Below are positions 21,101 through 28,996 of a stretch of 64,000 bases of DNA, piece by piece. Under the pieces are notes generated by a model. That model made no database searches, had not been told where the DNA came from, and was given only the letters and a program-made list of their open reading frames with translations. A program made the translations under genes and the position numbers. How positions within the stretch are numbered: the first letter of the stretch is position 1; each line of letters opens with the position of its first letter. Source of the stretch: Bacteroidales bacterium (GTDB lineage: Bacteria; Bacteroidota; Bacteroidia; Bacteroidales; UBA932); NCBI GenBank assembly GCA_017625725.1, contig JAGAKH010000092.1, forward strand, positions 5,442 to 69,441, in the 5' to 3' direction.

Positions 21101-21202
21101 TGAGTTCTGGGCAAGAGCCGAACCAGACATAAAGAGAAGAAAAAAAGTAATAAACGCAACCACAGAATGGGATACGTTCCACTTCATATCAATCATATTC
21201 AT
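18128..21202 (-). CDS. SusC/RagA TonB-dependent transporter
   Basis: N-terminal carboxypeptidase-regulatory-like domain, PLFILDG, ILKDAASTAIYGSKASNGVVVIETK and a C-terminal Phe. Confidence 0.95.
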   Translation of the reverse strand: MNMIDMKWNVSHSVVAFITFFLLFMSGSALAQNSGTAVLKGTVTDSSDGFPLIGVSVIVEGKKYGVITDLDGNYELRFPKQTATIVFSYVGYDDVEKEYNLKNEASFSKIVMYMNATELEDVIVTGVYERKKESFTGASATFKTDQLKAVGTNNVLQSLKTLDPSFKMMESAQFGSNPNMMPDVEIRGKTSVMGLKEEYGTDPNQPLFILDGFETTIETIMNLNMNRVASVTILKDAASTAIYGSKASNGVVVIETKAPARGRLQLSYKGDYGLSMADLTDYNLMNAREKLQFETLAGVYTDRSGSPFTQIQLDALRNERLKEIERGVDTYWLSEPIRSGVTHKHNIYAEGGEDKIRYGIGLSYGNVAGVMKGSDRQTLEGNVDLIYRTGKFQFSNKLTIDYLETANPTVSFSEYAYANPYYRKYNALGKVDKYLYYSEDGIGSTVTNPLWDAHLNNWDKASGFGFTNNFIFEWFVTEDLRMRAKFGLSKSDDDEQTRLSPLHSSFDEVGETEKGLYSRTQIQQLVYEGDVSVTFGKLIAQKHMLNAVGGFNFSNNSQHVYGYSANGFTDDQFDAPSFANGYPVDGKPDYRETLKRAVSFYVNGGYVYDDRYLMDFNYRLDGASMFGTGNRFRNTWSVGLGWNVHKEHFLKDNDFFSFFKIRGSVGNPGNQNFSAYQAFSTYKFNGWMTNIFGTGVILNALGNAELAWQETVNYDIGADLTFWGERVNLTLDYFWKDTDPLLAIITTRGSMGVTSVAMNAGRQHTKGWEATFKISPIYRPAERINWNISINAAHSRSRYADIGNAFSALNESGKSSLVGTTRYYDGGSPTAIWAVRSAGIDPATGQEVFIKKDGSYSLTYDVSDEVVVGDTQPSVEGIFGSTLYFKGLSVGCYFRYRVGGQVFNTSLFQKVENIGTEDVYNNQDKRALYDRWSPDNREAYFKGISMVQKTEKSSRFVMDENTLTGESVNIGYEFPDRMIRRLRISALNLQLTMTDMFRASTVRVERGIDYPFARSVTMSLGITF

Positions 21203-21278
21203 ATATAACTTCTACACTAACGCCTCAACCGAAGCTAAAAATGTAAAGTTACATAAAATATATTAATTGGCAACTAAA

Positions 21279-22955
21279 TCAAGACTGCAAAAGAGACTTT
21301 GCATTAGCCACAGCAGCATCGGTAAGAACAGAACCGCTGAGCATCCGTGCCAGTTCCATGACACGTTCCTCGTCAGACAGACGGGTTATGGTAGAATAAG
21401 CCCGGGAAGCTGCCGTATCGATTTCTTTTGAAACAAGATAATGAGCAGACCCCTTTGCTGCGACCTGCGGAAGATGGGTTATCGCAAAGACCTGCATATG
21501 AGCACCCATTTCACATATCATTGATCCCATCTTGTCAGCCACACTTCCCGAGACACCGGTATCGATTTCATCAAATATCATGGTCGGCATCTCTGTATAT
21601 CGGGCCATCATTGCCTTCAGAGACAGCATTATCCTTGACATTTCTCCACCTGAAGCACAACGGTCGACATCGACAGGATCAGCTCCGCTCGCAGAAAATC
21701 TGAAACGGACAGAATCGAGCCCGGTAGCAGACAAAGGGGAATCGAGCAATGCGACTTCGAACACAGCGTGAGGCAGTTCAAGCGAACGGATCGACTCACA
21801 AACAGTCGAGGCAAAAGCATCTTTCGAGGCCATACGGGAAACATGAAGACTTGAAGCTATATCCTGGAGCTTTTCTTCAGCCACAGATACAGCATTTCTC
21901 AGACTTTCGCACTGTTCTTCAAGACGGGTGGAATCAAAGAGCTTATCGGAAAAGGAATCTCGCAAGGATATGAGTTCGGACTCATTAAGACAGCCATGCT
22001 TCTGCATAAGTCCATACAGCAAGGACATACGGCTTTCCACAGCCTCAAGCCGCTCAGCAGAGAGTTCTGTACGGGAATTCAATGATGCCACATCAGAAAG
22101 GATATCATCGAGTTCATGTCTGCATGACGCGACCCTTTCAGCGAGCTCTACAGCAGAAGGTACATAACGGCCAGCCTTTACAAGCAGTTTGTCTGCCTCC
22201 TTCAAAAGTACGTCCAGCGAAAGCCGCTCATCGGCTGAAGATTCGGCAGTAAAGAGGTCTTCCACGCCTGAAAGACACATCTTGATTTCCTCTGCATTTG
22301 CAAGCTGCCTTTGTTCCTCTTCCAGTTCAGCCAGTTCACCATCGCGGATCGCCGCGGTCTCCAACTGACGGTACTGACTTTCATTATATTCCTTTTCTGC
22401 CGCCAGTCTCTGTAGCCGGGACTCTGCTTCTGCTAAATCCGACTTCAGCGATACGAGGTTTCTCCATGCCTGAACACATTCCTCCCTAAGTCGGGCATTA
22501 CCAGCATAATGGTCAAGTATTCCTAACTGGAACTGCTTATCTGACAGCATCAGAGTCTGATGTTGCGAATGCACATCGACCAATCTCGATGAAATGGACT
22601 GCAGCACCTGAACCGGCACAGGGGAATCATTTACAAAAGAACGCGAACGGCCTGACCTTGCGACCGTACGACGTATAATCAGATGTCCGTCCTCCCATTC
22701 GACCTCCTGCTCATCAAGAATCTCCTTGAGCTGACGGTCGTCCCCCACCTCGAATTCCGCTTCCACCACACAATTCTCCGCCCCCTGAGCTATCATAGAG
22801 GCATCGGCCTTTGAGCCGGTAAGAAGAGAAAGGGCACCTAAAAGTATGGATTTACCGGCTCCTGTCTGTCCTGTAATAATAATCAGACCCTCCGGAAATT
22901 CAATCTCCAGAGAGTCTATCAGGACGTAGTTTCTTACATGTAACCGGCTCAGCAT
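21279..22955 (-). CDS. recN: DNA repair protein RecN
   Basis: TGQTGAGKS Walker A, ASGGEMSR, FDEIDTGVSG and ITHLPQVAA motifs. Confidence 0.96.
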   Translation of the reverse strand: MLSRLHVRNYVLIDSLEIEFPEGLIIITGQTGAGKSILLGALSLLTGSKADASMIAQGAENCVVEAEFEVGDDRQLKEILDEQEVEWEDGHLIIRRTVARSGRSRSFVNDSPVPVQVLQSISSRLVDVHSQHQTLMLSDKQFQLGILDHYAGNARLREECVQAWRNLVSLKSDLAEAESRLQRLAAEKEYNESQYRQLETAAIRDGELAELEEEQRQLANAEEIKMCLSGVEDLFTAESSADERLSLDVLLKEADKLLVKAGRYVPSAVELAERVASCRHELDDILSDVASLNSRTELSAERLEAVESRMSLLYGLMQKHGCLNESELISLRDSFSDKLFDSTRLEEQCESLRNAVSVAEEKLQDIASSLHVSRMASKDAFASTVCESIRSLELPHAVFEVALLDSPLSATGLDSVRFRFSASGADPVDVDRCASGGEMSRIMLSLKAMMARYTEMPTMIFDEIDTGVSGSVADKMGSMICEMGAHMQVFAITHLPQVAAKGSAHYLVSKEIDTAASRAYSTITRLSDEERVMELARMLSGSVLTDAAVANAKSLLQS

Positions 22956-22961
22956 GAAAGA

Positions 22962-23282
22962 TTACTCGTTATCTTCCTTAGCCATTCTATATGAAACCTC
23001 GCCATTCTTGAACTCCTCAATAGCAACAAGACTTGGCTTTGGCTGTCTTTCATAGTATTTTGAGATCTCGATCTGCTCACGATTCTCAAAGATCTCCTCC
23101 ATGGTGTCACGATCGTTCTTGAAATCCTCAAGTTTCCTTGTAAGTTCCTTCTTCTCGGCAATAGCAATCTGGTTTGCCCTCTTGGAAAGGATCACGACTG
23201 TCTCATAGATATTTCCGGTAGGAGCAGCAAGATCGCTGAGGTTTCTTGTAAGTGTGTTTACAGGTGTTTTCTGCTTATTCAT
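22962..23282 (-). CDS. rpoZ: RNA polymerase omega subunit (Bacteroidota type)
   Basis: TGNIYE..VILSKRANQI and FENREQIEISKYYE..PKP motifs; follows bamD. Confidence 0.88.
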   Translation of the reverse strand: MNKQKTPVNTLTRNLSDLAAPTGNIYETVVILSKRANQIAIAEKKELTRKLEDFKNDRDTMEEIFENREQIEISKYYERQPKPSLVAIEEFKNGEVSYRMAKEDNE

Positions 23283-23341
23283 ATCAATAAAAAATTATTC
23301 TCTCTATTAAGTTATACCCCCGGTTTCCCTCAGGGTTTCAA

Positions 23342-24226
23342 TTATTTTTCAGATTTTTTAGCTTCACGCTCCATCTGTCTTCTCTCGCGGGCAAAATCTC
23401 TCTCTGAAGTTTCTTCCTCCACACTTACCCCTCGTCTGCCCAAGGCTCTCTGTGCCCTCTGGTAGACAGAATCCAATTCTCTTCTATAATGAGACTGAGG
23501 TATCTCTCCGATAAAGTTGAAATAGTCATCAACAAAAGTCAGATATCTTTCCTTCTGCTTCGCAGGGACGCTGTTTGCCGCATACTTGAATGAAGACATG
23601 GCGATGTAATAAAGTATGTCCTCTCTATATATGTTTTCAGAATCATCCTTCAGAACATTCCTGAAAGCCACCCTGGATGCCAGATAATCCTCCATCTTAT
23701 AATAGAGCTTTGCTGATTCGTAAGCTTTCTTGTCAAGACGTTCATTAAGATCGACAAGCATGTCACGGCATGTCTGCATATGAGGAGAAGAAGGATACTC
23801 GATCATATACTCAGAAATGGCTGTAATTGCCTTGTAGGTCGGACTCTGGTCAAGCTCATACCTCAGAGTCGAACGATACAGGCAGTCAAGACGCAGATAA
23901 CGGGCCTCGGAAGTAAAAGGGCTTCTTGGATATTGTTCGATGAACTGCTCGAAATTGGTCTCGGCAGTGTAGTAATCCTTGAACTTATAATTGCTCAAGC
24001 CCCAATAATATTTGACAGTGTCATCCTTTTCTGTTCCGTTAGTCAGCACAGACAAAGACTCGAACAAAGAACCGGCCTTGGAATATTTGCCCTGATTGTA
24101 ATAATCAAATGCAGCCTCATACTTCTGCTCCACATCATTGCTGTTGAGCAGAATCTCATACTGAGACTTACAGGAAACAGTCAAAGCCAATACGGCTAAA
24201 GCAAAAAGAATATATATCCTCTTCAT
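23342..24226 (-). CDS. bamD: Outer membrane protein assembly factor BamD
   Basis: TVSC lipobox, TPR repeats and LDQSPTYKAI; bamD-rpoZ synteny. Confidence 0.9.
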   Translation of the reverse strand: MKRIYILFALAVLALTVSCKSQYEILLNSNDVEQKYEAAFDYYNQGKYSKAGSLFESLSVLTNGTEKDDTVKYYWGLSNYKFKDYYTAETNFEQFIEQYPRSPFTSEARYLRLDCLYRSTLRYELDQSPTYKAITAISEYMIEYPSSPHMQTCRDMLVDLNERLDKKAYESAKLYYKMEDYLASRVAFRNVLKDDSENIYREDILYYIAMSSFKYAANSVPAKQKERYLTFVDDYFNFIGEIPQSHYRRELDSVYQRAQRALGRRGVSVEEETSERDFARERRQMEREAKKSEK

Positions 24227-24233
24227 TCTCTGA

Positions 24234-25160
24234 TTATTTCATTTTCAAAAACTTCTCGGCATCAAGAGCAGCACGGCAACCGGAAGCTGCAGCAGTAATG
24301 GCCTGTCTGTAGACAGGATCCTGAACGTCACCTGCGGCAAACACACCCTCTACATTTGTCCTGGATGTCTTGCCATCGGTAATTATATAACCTTCCTTAT
24401 CCACAGCAACCCACTGGCTGAAGACTTCAGAGTTAGGATGATGTCCGATTGCAAGGAAAAAGCCGTCGACAGCTATATCAAAAACCTCGCCGTCCTTCCT
24501 CAAAAGTCTCGCACCAGTCACTCCGTATTCATCTCCAAGCACTTCATGAGTGTTGCAGTTCCAGAGAACCTCGATATTAGGAGTCTGCATCACACGCTCC
24601 TGCATAGCCTGAGAAGCCCTGAGGACATCCCTGCGGACTATCATGTAAACCTTCTTGCAAAGTCCTGCAAGATAAGTAGCCTCCTCACAGGCAGTGTCAC
24701 CTCCGCCTACTACAGCCACAGTCTTCTTTCTGTAGAAGAAACCGTCACAAGTAGCACAGGCTGAAACGCCAAGGCCCTTGAATTTAGTCTCGGAAGGAAG
24801 TCCCAGATACTTGGCTGTCGCACCTGTAGCGATGATGAGAGTCTCGGCAAAGATTTCATGGCTGCCGTCAATGACAATCCTGAAAGGTCTTTTGGAAAGA
24901 TCGGCCTCAGTCACAATGCCGTTACGCAGATCCGCACCCAGACGCACTGCCTGAGACTTCATTGTATCCATCAGAGCCTGACCTGATATGCCGTTCTCAA
25001 ATCCAGGATAATTCTCAATATCGGTTGTAGTGGTAAGCTGACCACCCGGCTGGATTCCCTCATAGAGTACAGGAGAGATATCCGCCCTTGACGCATAAAT
25101 TGCCGCTGTATAACCTGCTGGTCCGCCACCAACTATAAGACATTTAACAGTTTCCATCAA
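24234..25160 (-). CDS. trxB: Thioredoxin reductase
   Basis: GGGPAGYTA, CATCDGFF, GGGDTA and AAGDV motifs. Confidence 0.96.
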   Translation of the reverse strand: MMETVKCLIVGGGPAGYTAAIYASRADISPVLYEGIQPGGQLTTTTDIENYPGFENGISGQALMDTMKSQAVRLGADLRNGIVTEADLSKRPFRIVIDGSHEIFAETLIIATGATAKYLGLPSETKFKGLGVSACATCDGFFYRKKTVAVVGGGDTACEEATYLAGLCKKVYMIVRRDVLRASQAMQERVMQTPNIEVLWNCNTHEVLGDEYGVTGARLLRKDGEVFDIAVDGFFLAIGHHPNSEVFSQWVAVDKEGYIITDGKTSRTNVEGVFAAGDVQDPVYRQAITAAASGCRAALDAEKFLKMK

Positions 25161-25201
25161 TTCTCTTTTTTATATTGCAACCTGCAAATATAATGCTTTT
25201 T

Positions 25202-26005
25202 TCAGACTTTCATAAGATATGGCTTCGCCTTTCTGTAAACCCAACCAAGCAGGCAATCCGGCATTATCACGCACAATGGCTTGAAAATCTTGTTCAGAAG
25301 CCCGGGCATCACCCCTTTTCGTCTTCTGAAAGTAGCCCTCAAGGCCTTGTCAACGGCCTTTTCCGGTGAAATCATGACAGTCAGTCCTCTTGCAAGTTTC
25401 CTCAAGCTGTCCTTCAGAGGGACAAGAGGAGTGTCAACCGCTCCAAAGTAGGCATTAGTCACACTCACACCTGTCTTCTGACACTCGATCCTGAGTTCCC
25501 GGGAATAATCTCTCACAAACCGTTTGGTAGAGCCATACATCCCGATTCCCGGCCATATCATCCAAGAGGCCAGAGAGGATATGTTGAGGATATATCCGCA
25601 TCCTCTTTCCTTCATTCCAGCAACATATTTACGGCAAAGCATCAGCGGAGTGGTCATATGGACAGCCATTATCAGCTTCAGCATCCGCTCAGACGTTTCG
25701 GCAATGCCTTGGCAATACATGACACCTGCATTGTTAACCAGTACCTCGACCTGGCATGAGGCTTCTTGCGTCTTTTCAAAAATGCGGTCTGCAGCATCCT
25801 CCTTTGAGAGATCCTGAGTAATGAGAATCACATTTGCCTTCGGGCTCAACGCTTCAGCAGTCTGCTTGAGTCCGTTTTCATTGATATCAACCAATATGAG
25901 GTTATATCCCATATCAGCCAGACGGCATGCATAGATACGCCCCATACCCGAGGCTGCCCCGGTGATAAGAGCATAGGTTTTGTAATTTCTTAGAATCTTC
26001 TTCAT
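25202..26005 (-). CDS. SDR-family oxidoreductase
   Basis: TGAASGMG, NNAG and YGSTK (YxxxK) motifs. Start at 26005 preferred because TAATTTTG lies at 26038-26045. Confidence 0.85.
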   Translation of the reverse strand: MKKILRNYKTYALITGAASGMGRIYACRLADMGYNLILVDINENGLKQTAEALSPKANVILITQDLSKEDAADRIFEKTQEASCQVEVLVNNAGVMYCQGIAETSERMLKLIMAVHMTTPLMLCRKYVAGMKERGCGYILNISSLASWMIWPGIGMYGSTKRFVRDYSRELRIECQKTGVSVTNAYFGAVDTPLVPLKDSLRKLARGLTVMISPEKAVDKALRATFRRRKGVMPGLLNKIFKPLCVIMPDCLLGWVYRKAKPYLMKV

Positions 26006-26078
26006 CCAAATGTGTGTGTGCAACTGTAAAACGGCTGCAAAATTACCAAATTTCCGGCGATTCGGCATTAAAAATATC

Positions 26079-26156
26079 GATTTCTCGCCTCGTCACTCTC
26101 ACTTGAAATGACTCATCGGCATGCCATGTCGAACGGACAACGGGAGTCGAGACATC
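26079..26156. repeat. REP/MITE-like palindromic element, copy 1
   Basis: Terminal inverted repeats GATTTCTCG...CGAGACATC. Its reverse complement aligns with the element at 53328-53453. Confidence 0.7.
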
Positions 26157-26243
26157 CGGCAACGTCCGATAGTTTAGAATTTTTCAAATTTATTTTGCAT
26201 ATCTCGTATTAATTCATATTTTTGTGTTTTAAAACAAACTTAT

Positions 26244-26693
26244 ATGAATACTCACAAATGCCCCAACATCGAAGAATTCAAGAAGATTCTTAAATCCAAG
26301 AATCTTAAGGCAACCCCGCAGAGACTTGCCGTTCATGAAGCCATGATGGCACTGGGACATGCTTCTGCAGATATGATAACAGAAGAAATCATCTCAAAAG
26401 GGACGACAAAGGTCACTGTAGCTTCGGTCTACAACATCCTGACCAATCTGGCAATGCTGGGAATTTACGACTATCGGATGAGTTCCAACAACAAGATGTA
26501 TTTTGATGTCAACACCTTCCATCACATTCATCTATACGACAAGGAGAACCACATGTTCAAGGACATCATTGATGACGAACTCATAGCCCTCATCGAAGCT
26601 CACTTAGGACGTAAGCGCTTCAAGGGCTATAAAATTGAAGGTATCGACATCCAGCTTATCGGAAAGCCGACAAGGAAGAAATATTTCGTCTAA
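26244..26693 (+). CDS. Fur-family transcriptional regulator (Irr/PerR-like, no CxxC)
   Basis: LKATPQRLAV, H.SA, ASVYNIL and YFDVNTFHHIH motifs. Confidence 0.88.
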   Translation: MNTHKCPNIEEFKKILKSKNLKATPQRLAVHEAMMALGHASADMITEEIISKGTTKVTVASVYNILTNLAMLGIYDYRMSSNNKMYFDVNTFHHIHLYDKENHMFKDIIDDELIALIEAHLGRKRFKGYKIEGIDIQLIGKPTRKKYFV

Positions 26694-28165
26694 ACTTTTA
26701 CGTTACTGAAAGCACGTATTCCCTTTACTATACAGAATACGAAAAGGGCAAGAGCTACAGTTATACCGGCTACATAACCGATGACAGGCTCAAGATGAAG
26801 TCCTCCATTGGCATGAGGAGCCATAATGAAATAGCTGACACATACGAATGTAAGGAAAGTCGCAGGGATCGAAGTCATCCAATGAGGCTTTCCTTTCTTT
26901 ATAAGATATGCTGAAGCTGTCCACAGAACGATTGTGGCAAGAAGCTGATTGCCTATGCCGACATAGTTCCATACAATAGAAAAATCCATCTTGCAGCAGA
27001 AGAATGCCAATGCAAATATAGGAAGGCTGACAAGAACTCTCTTGAGCACAGGCTTCTGGTCAAGTTTCAACATATCGGCAATAGTAAGACGCAGACTGCG
27101 GAATGCGGTATCACCGGACGTGATAGGACAGACGACAACTCCGATTATCGCAATCACAGCACCCAGCTTGCCAAGCCAGCTTTCACAAATCATATTGACG
27201 GCGATTGCTGGAGTAACCTTTGTGAGAGTACCGTTAATCATTATTCCATTTGTCGCAGCGTCATTGAGGCCTTCCGGTCCGCCAAAATATGCCATTGCTG
27301 CCGTCGCCCAGATTATTGCAACGATTCCCTCAGCAATCATAGCCCCATAAAACACCGGTCTTGCATACTTCTCATTCTTAAGGCATCTTGCCATAAGTGG
27401 TGACTGAGTGGAGTGGAATCCGGAAATTGCGCCACATGACACAACGATGAAGAGCATCGGAACCAGGATATTGTTCTGAGGATCAGCATGCCAGTTCTTC
27501 AAGGTAGCAGGAGTAAGCTCAATCATCTCATGCGCACCGGTAATGTCACCGGCTATAAGCATGACACCTACACCTAAAGCCATAAAAAGCAGAGCCGCAC
27601 CCATGTAAGGGTATATCGTGCCGATGATCTTGTCTATCGGCAAAAGTGTAGCCAATAAATAATATGCAAATATCACATAGAGCCATATTTCCTTATTGAG
27701 ACCCGTAAGAGAAGCTATCAGGTCAGAAGGGCCGGTCACAAAAGAAACTCCCACGGCAAGAAGAAGAAAGATCACCACAAAATTCATGACAGTCCTCATT
27801 GTCTTGCCCAGATTATCACCTATGAGGTCCGGCATATTAAGTCCTCCGCTGCGTAATGACATCATTCCAGAAAAGAAATCATGAACTGCTCCCATGAAAA
27901 TACATCCGATTACAATCCACAGATATGCAGCAGGGCCATAGGCTGCACCCATTATGGCTCCGAAGATAGGGCCCAGACCTGCAATATTAAGGAATTGTAT
28001 CACGAAGACCCTCCAGGTCGACATAGGCTGATAGTCGACTCCATCTTCAAGTTCATAAGCCGGCGTCCTTTTCATCGGATCCACACCAATAAAGCGAGCA
28101 GTAAACTTTCCATAGAAAACATAACCCAGAACAAGGGCGACAATACACAGACAAAAAGTGATCAT
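26690..28165 (-). CDS. cstA: Carbon starvation protein A family transporter
   Basis: DGVDY, QFLNIAGLGPIFGA, CGAISGFHSTQSP and ITSGDTAFRS motifs; multi-TM; start 28165 preferred. Confidence 0.92.
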   Translation of the reverse strand: MITFCLCIVALVLGYVFYGKFTARFIGVDPMKRTPAYELEDGVDYQPMSTWRVFVIQFLNIAGLGPIFGAIMGAAYGPAAYLWIVIGCIFMGAVHDFFSGMMSLRSGGLNMPDLIGDNLGKTMRTVMNFVVIFLLLAVGVSFVTGPSDLIASLTGLNKEIWLYVIFAYYLLATLLPIDKIIGTIYPYMGAALLFMALGVGVMLIAGDITGAHEMIELTPATLKNWHADPQNNILVPMLFIVVSCGAISGFHSTQSPLMARCLKNEKYARPVFYGAMIAEGIVAIIWATAAMAYFGGPEGLNDAATNGIMINGTLTKVTPAIAVNMICESWLGKLGAVIAIIGVVVCPITSGDTAFRSLRLTIADMLKLDQKPVLKRVLVSLPIFALAFFCCKMDFSIVWNYVGIGNQLLATIVLWTASAYLIKKGKPHWMTSIPATFLTFVCVSYFIMAPHANGGLHLEPVIGYVAGITVALALFVFCIVKGIRAFSNVKV

Positions 28166-28269
28166 TTCAGCAACACGTTTGGTTAGTAAAACAAATGTAT
28201 CAAGTTTCACAAACAAATGCAACGTTTAGCGAGATAAAAGCATCTAATAGCCCGCTAATAAAATGAACT

Positions 28270-28983
28270 ATGAAGATATTCAAGACCATACCGGCAGCCA
28301 TCATTACTGCCCTGCTTATTATTGCATCGTGTCAGAAAGATGACACCATATTGTATTACAGCACTTCGATAGGAAACATCCAGAACGGTATTTTCATTAG
28401 TGATCAGGGAAACGTCCTGAACATGACAAACATTTCTGTAAGCAAAGAGTTTGAAGGCATTGAGAGAGCTGTGATCATATGCGATATGCTTAAGCAGGAC
28501 GAAAGCGCCTCCAAGGAATACGACGTAAGACTGCTAAACTGGAGCAAGGTACTTGTCAAGGATGCCATCACCCCGGAACAGACTGCACATGGGGAAAATT
28601 CCATTCAGGATCCTATATTCATCAAGGATGCATGGTGCTCCGGAGGCTATCTCAATCTGATGCTCCAGTATTACGCCTCATACGGCAGCACACAGAGCCA
28701 CCTTGTAAATCTCGTCTATGAAGGATGTGAGGACGGAGAGTATCGCTTCAACTTCAGGCACAACTCATTCGGAGACATCTACACCGGGTCCCAGAACGGA
28801 TTTGCCCTTCCTTCCGGATATGTAAGCTTTCCTGTTGCAAGCATAATCCCAGAAGAAAAGGCAAAGATCACTATCGGATGGAAGTCTTATCAGACCATGC
28901 CGGACGGCACTTTCACGACCTCAATAATAAACAGAACCGTAACTTTCGACTACGAAAGAAACACATTCATACAAGAGAATTAG
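28270..28983 (+). CDS. NigD-like lipoprotein
   Basis: IASC lipobox; FISDQG in the N-terminal domain and DPI.IKDAW.SGGYLNL...H.VNLV...FRHN in the C-terminal domain. Confidence 0.65.
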   Translation: MKIFKTIPAAIITALLIIASCQKDDTILYYSTSIGNIQNGIFISDQGNVLNMTNISVSKEFEGIERAVIICDMLKQDESASKEYDVRLLNWSKVLVKDAITPEQTAHGENSIQDPIFIKDAWCSGGYLNLMLQYYASYGSTQSHLVNLVYEGCEDGEYRFNFRHNSFGDIYTGSQNGFALPSGYVSFPVASIIPEEKAKITIGWKSYQTMPDGTFTTSIINRTVTFDYERNTFIQEN

Positions 28984-28996
28984 ACTTCTGTGCTGA

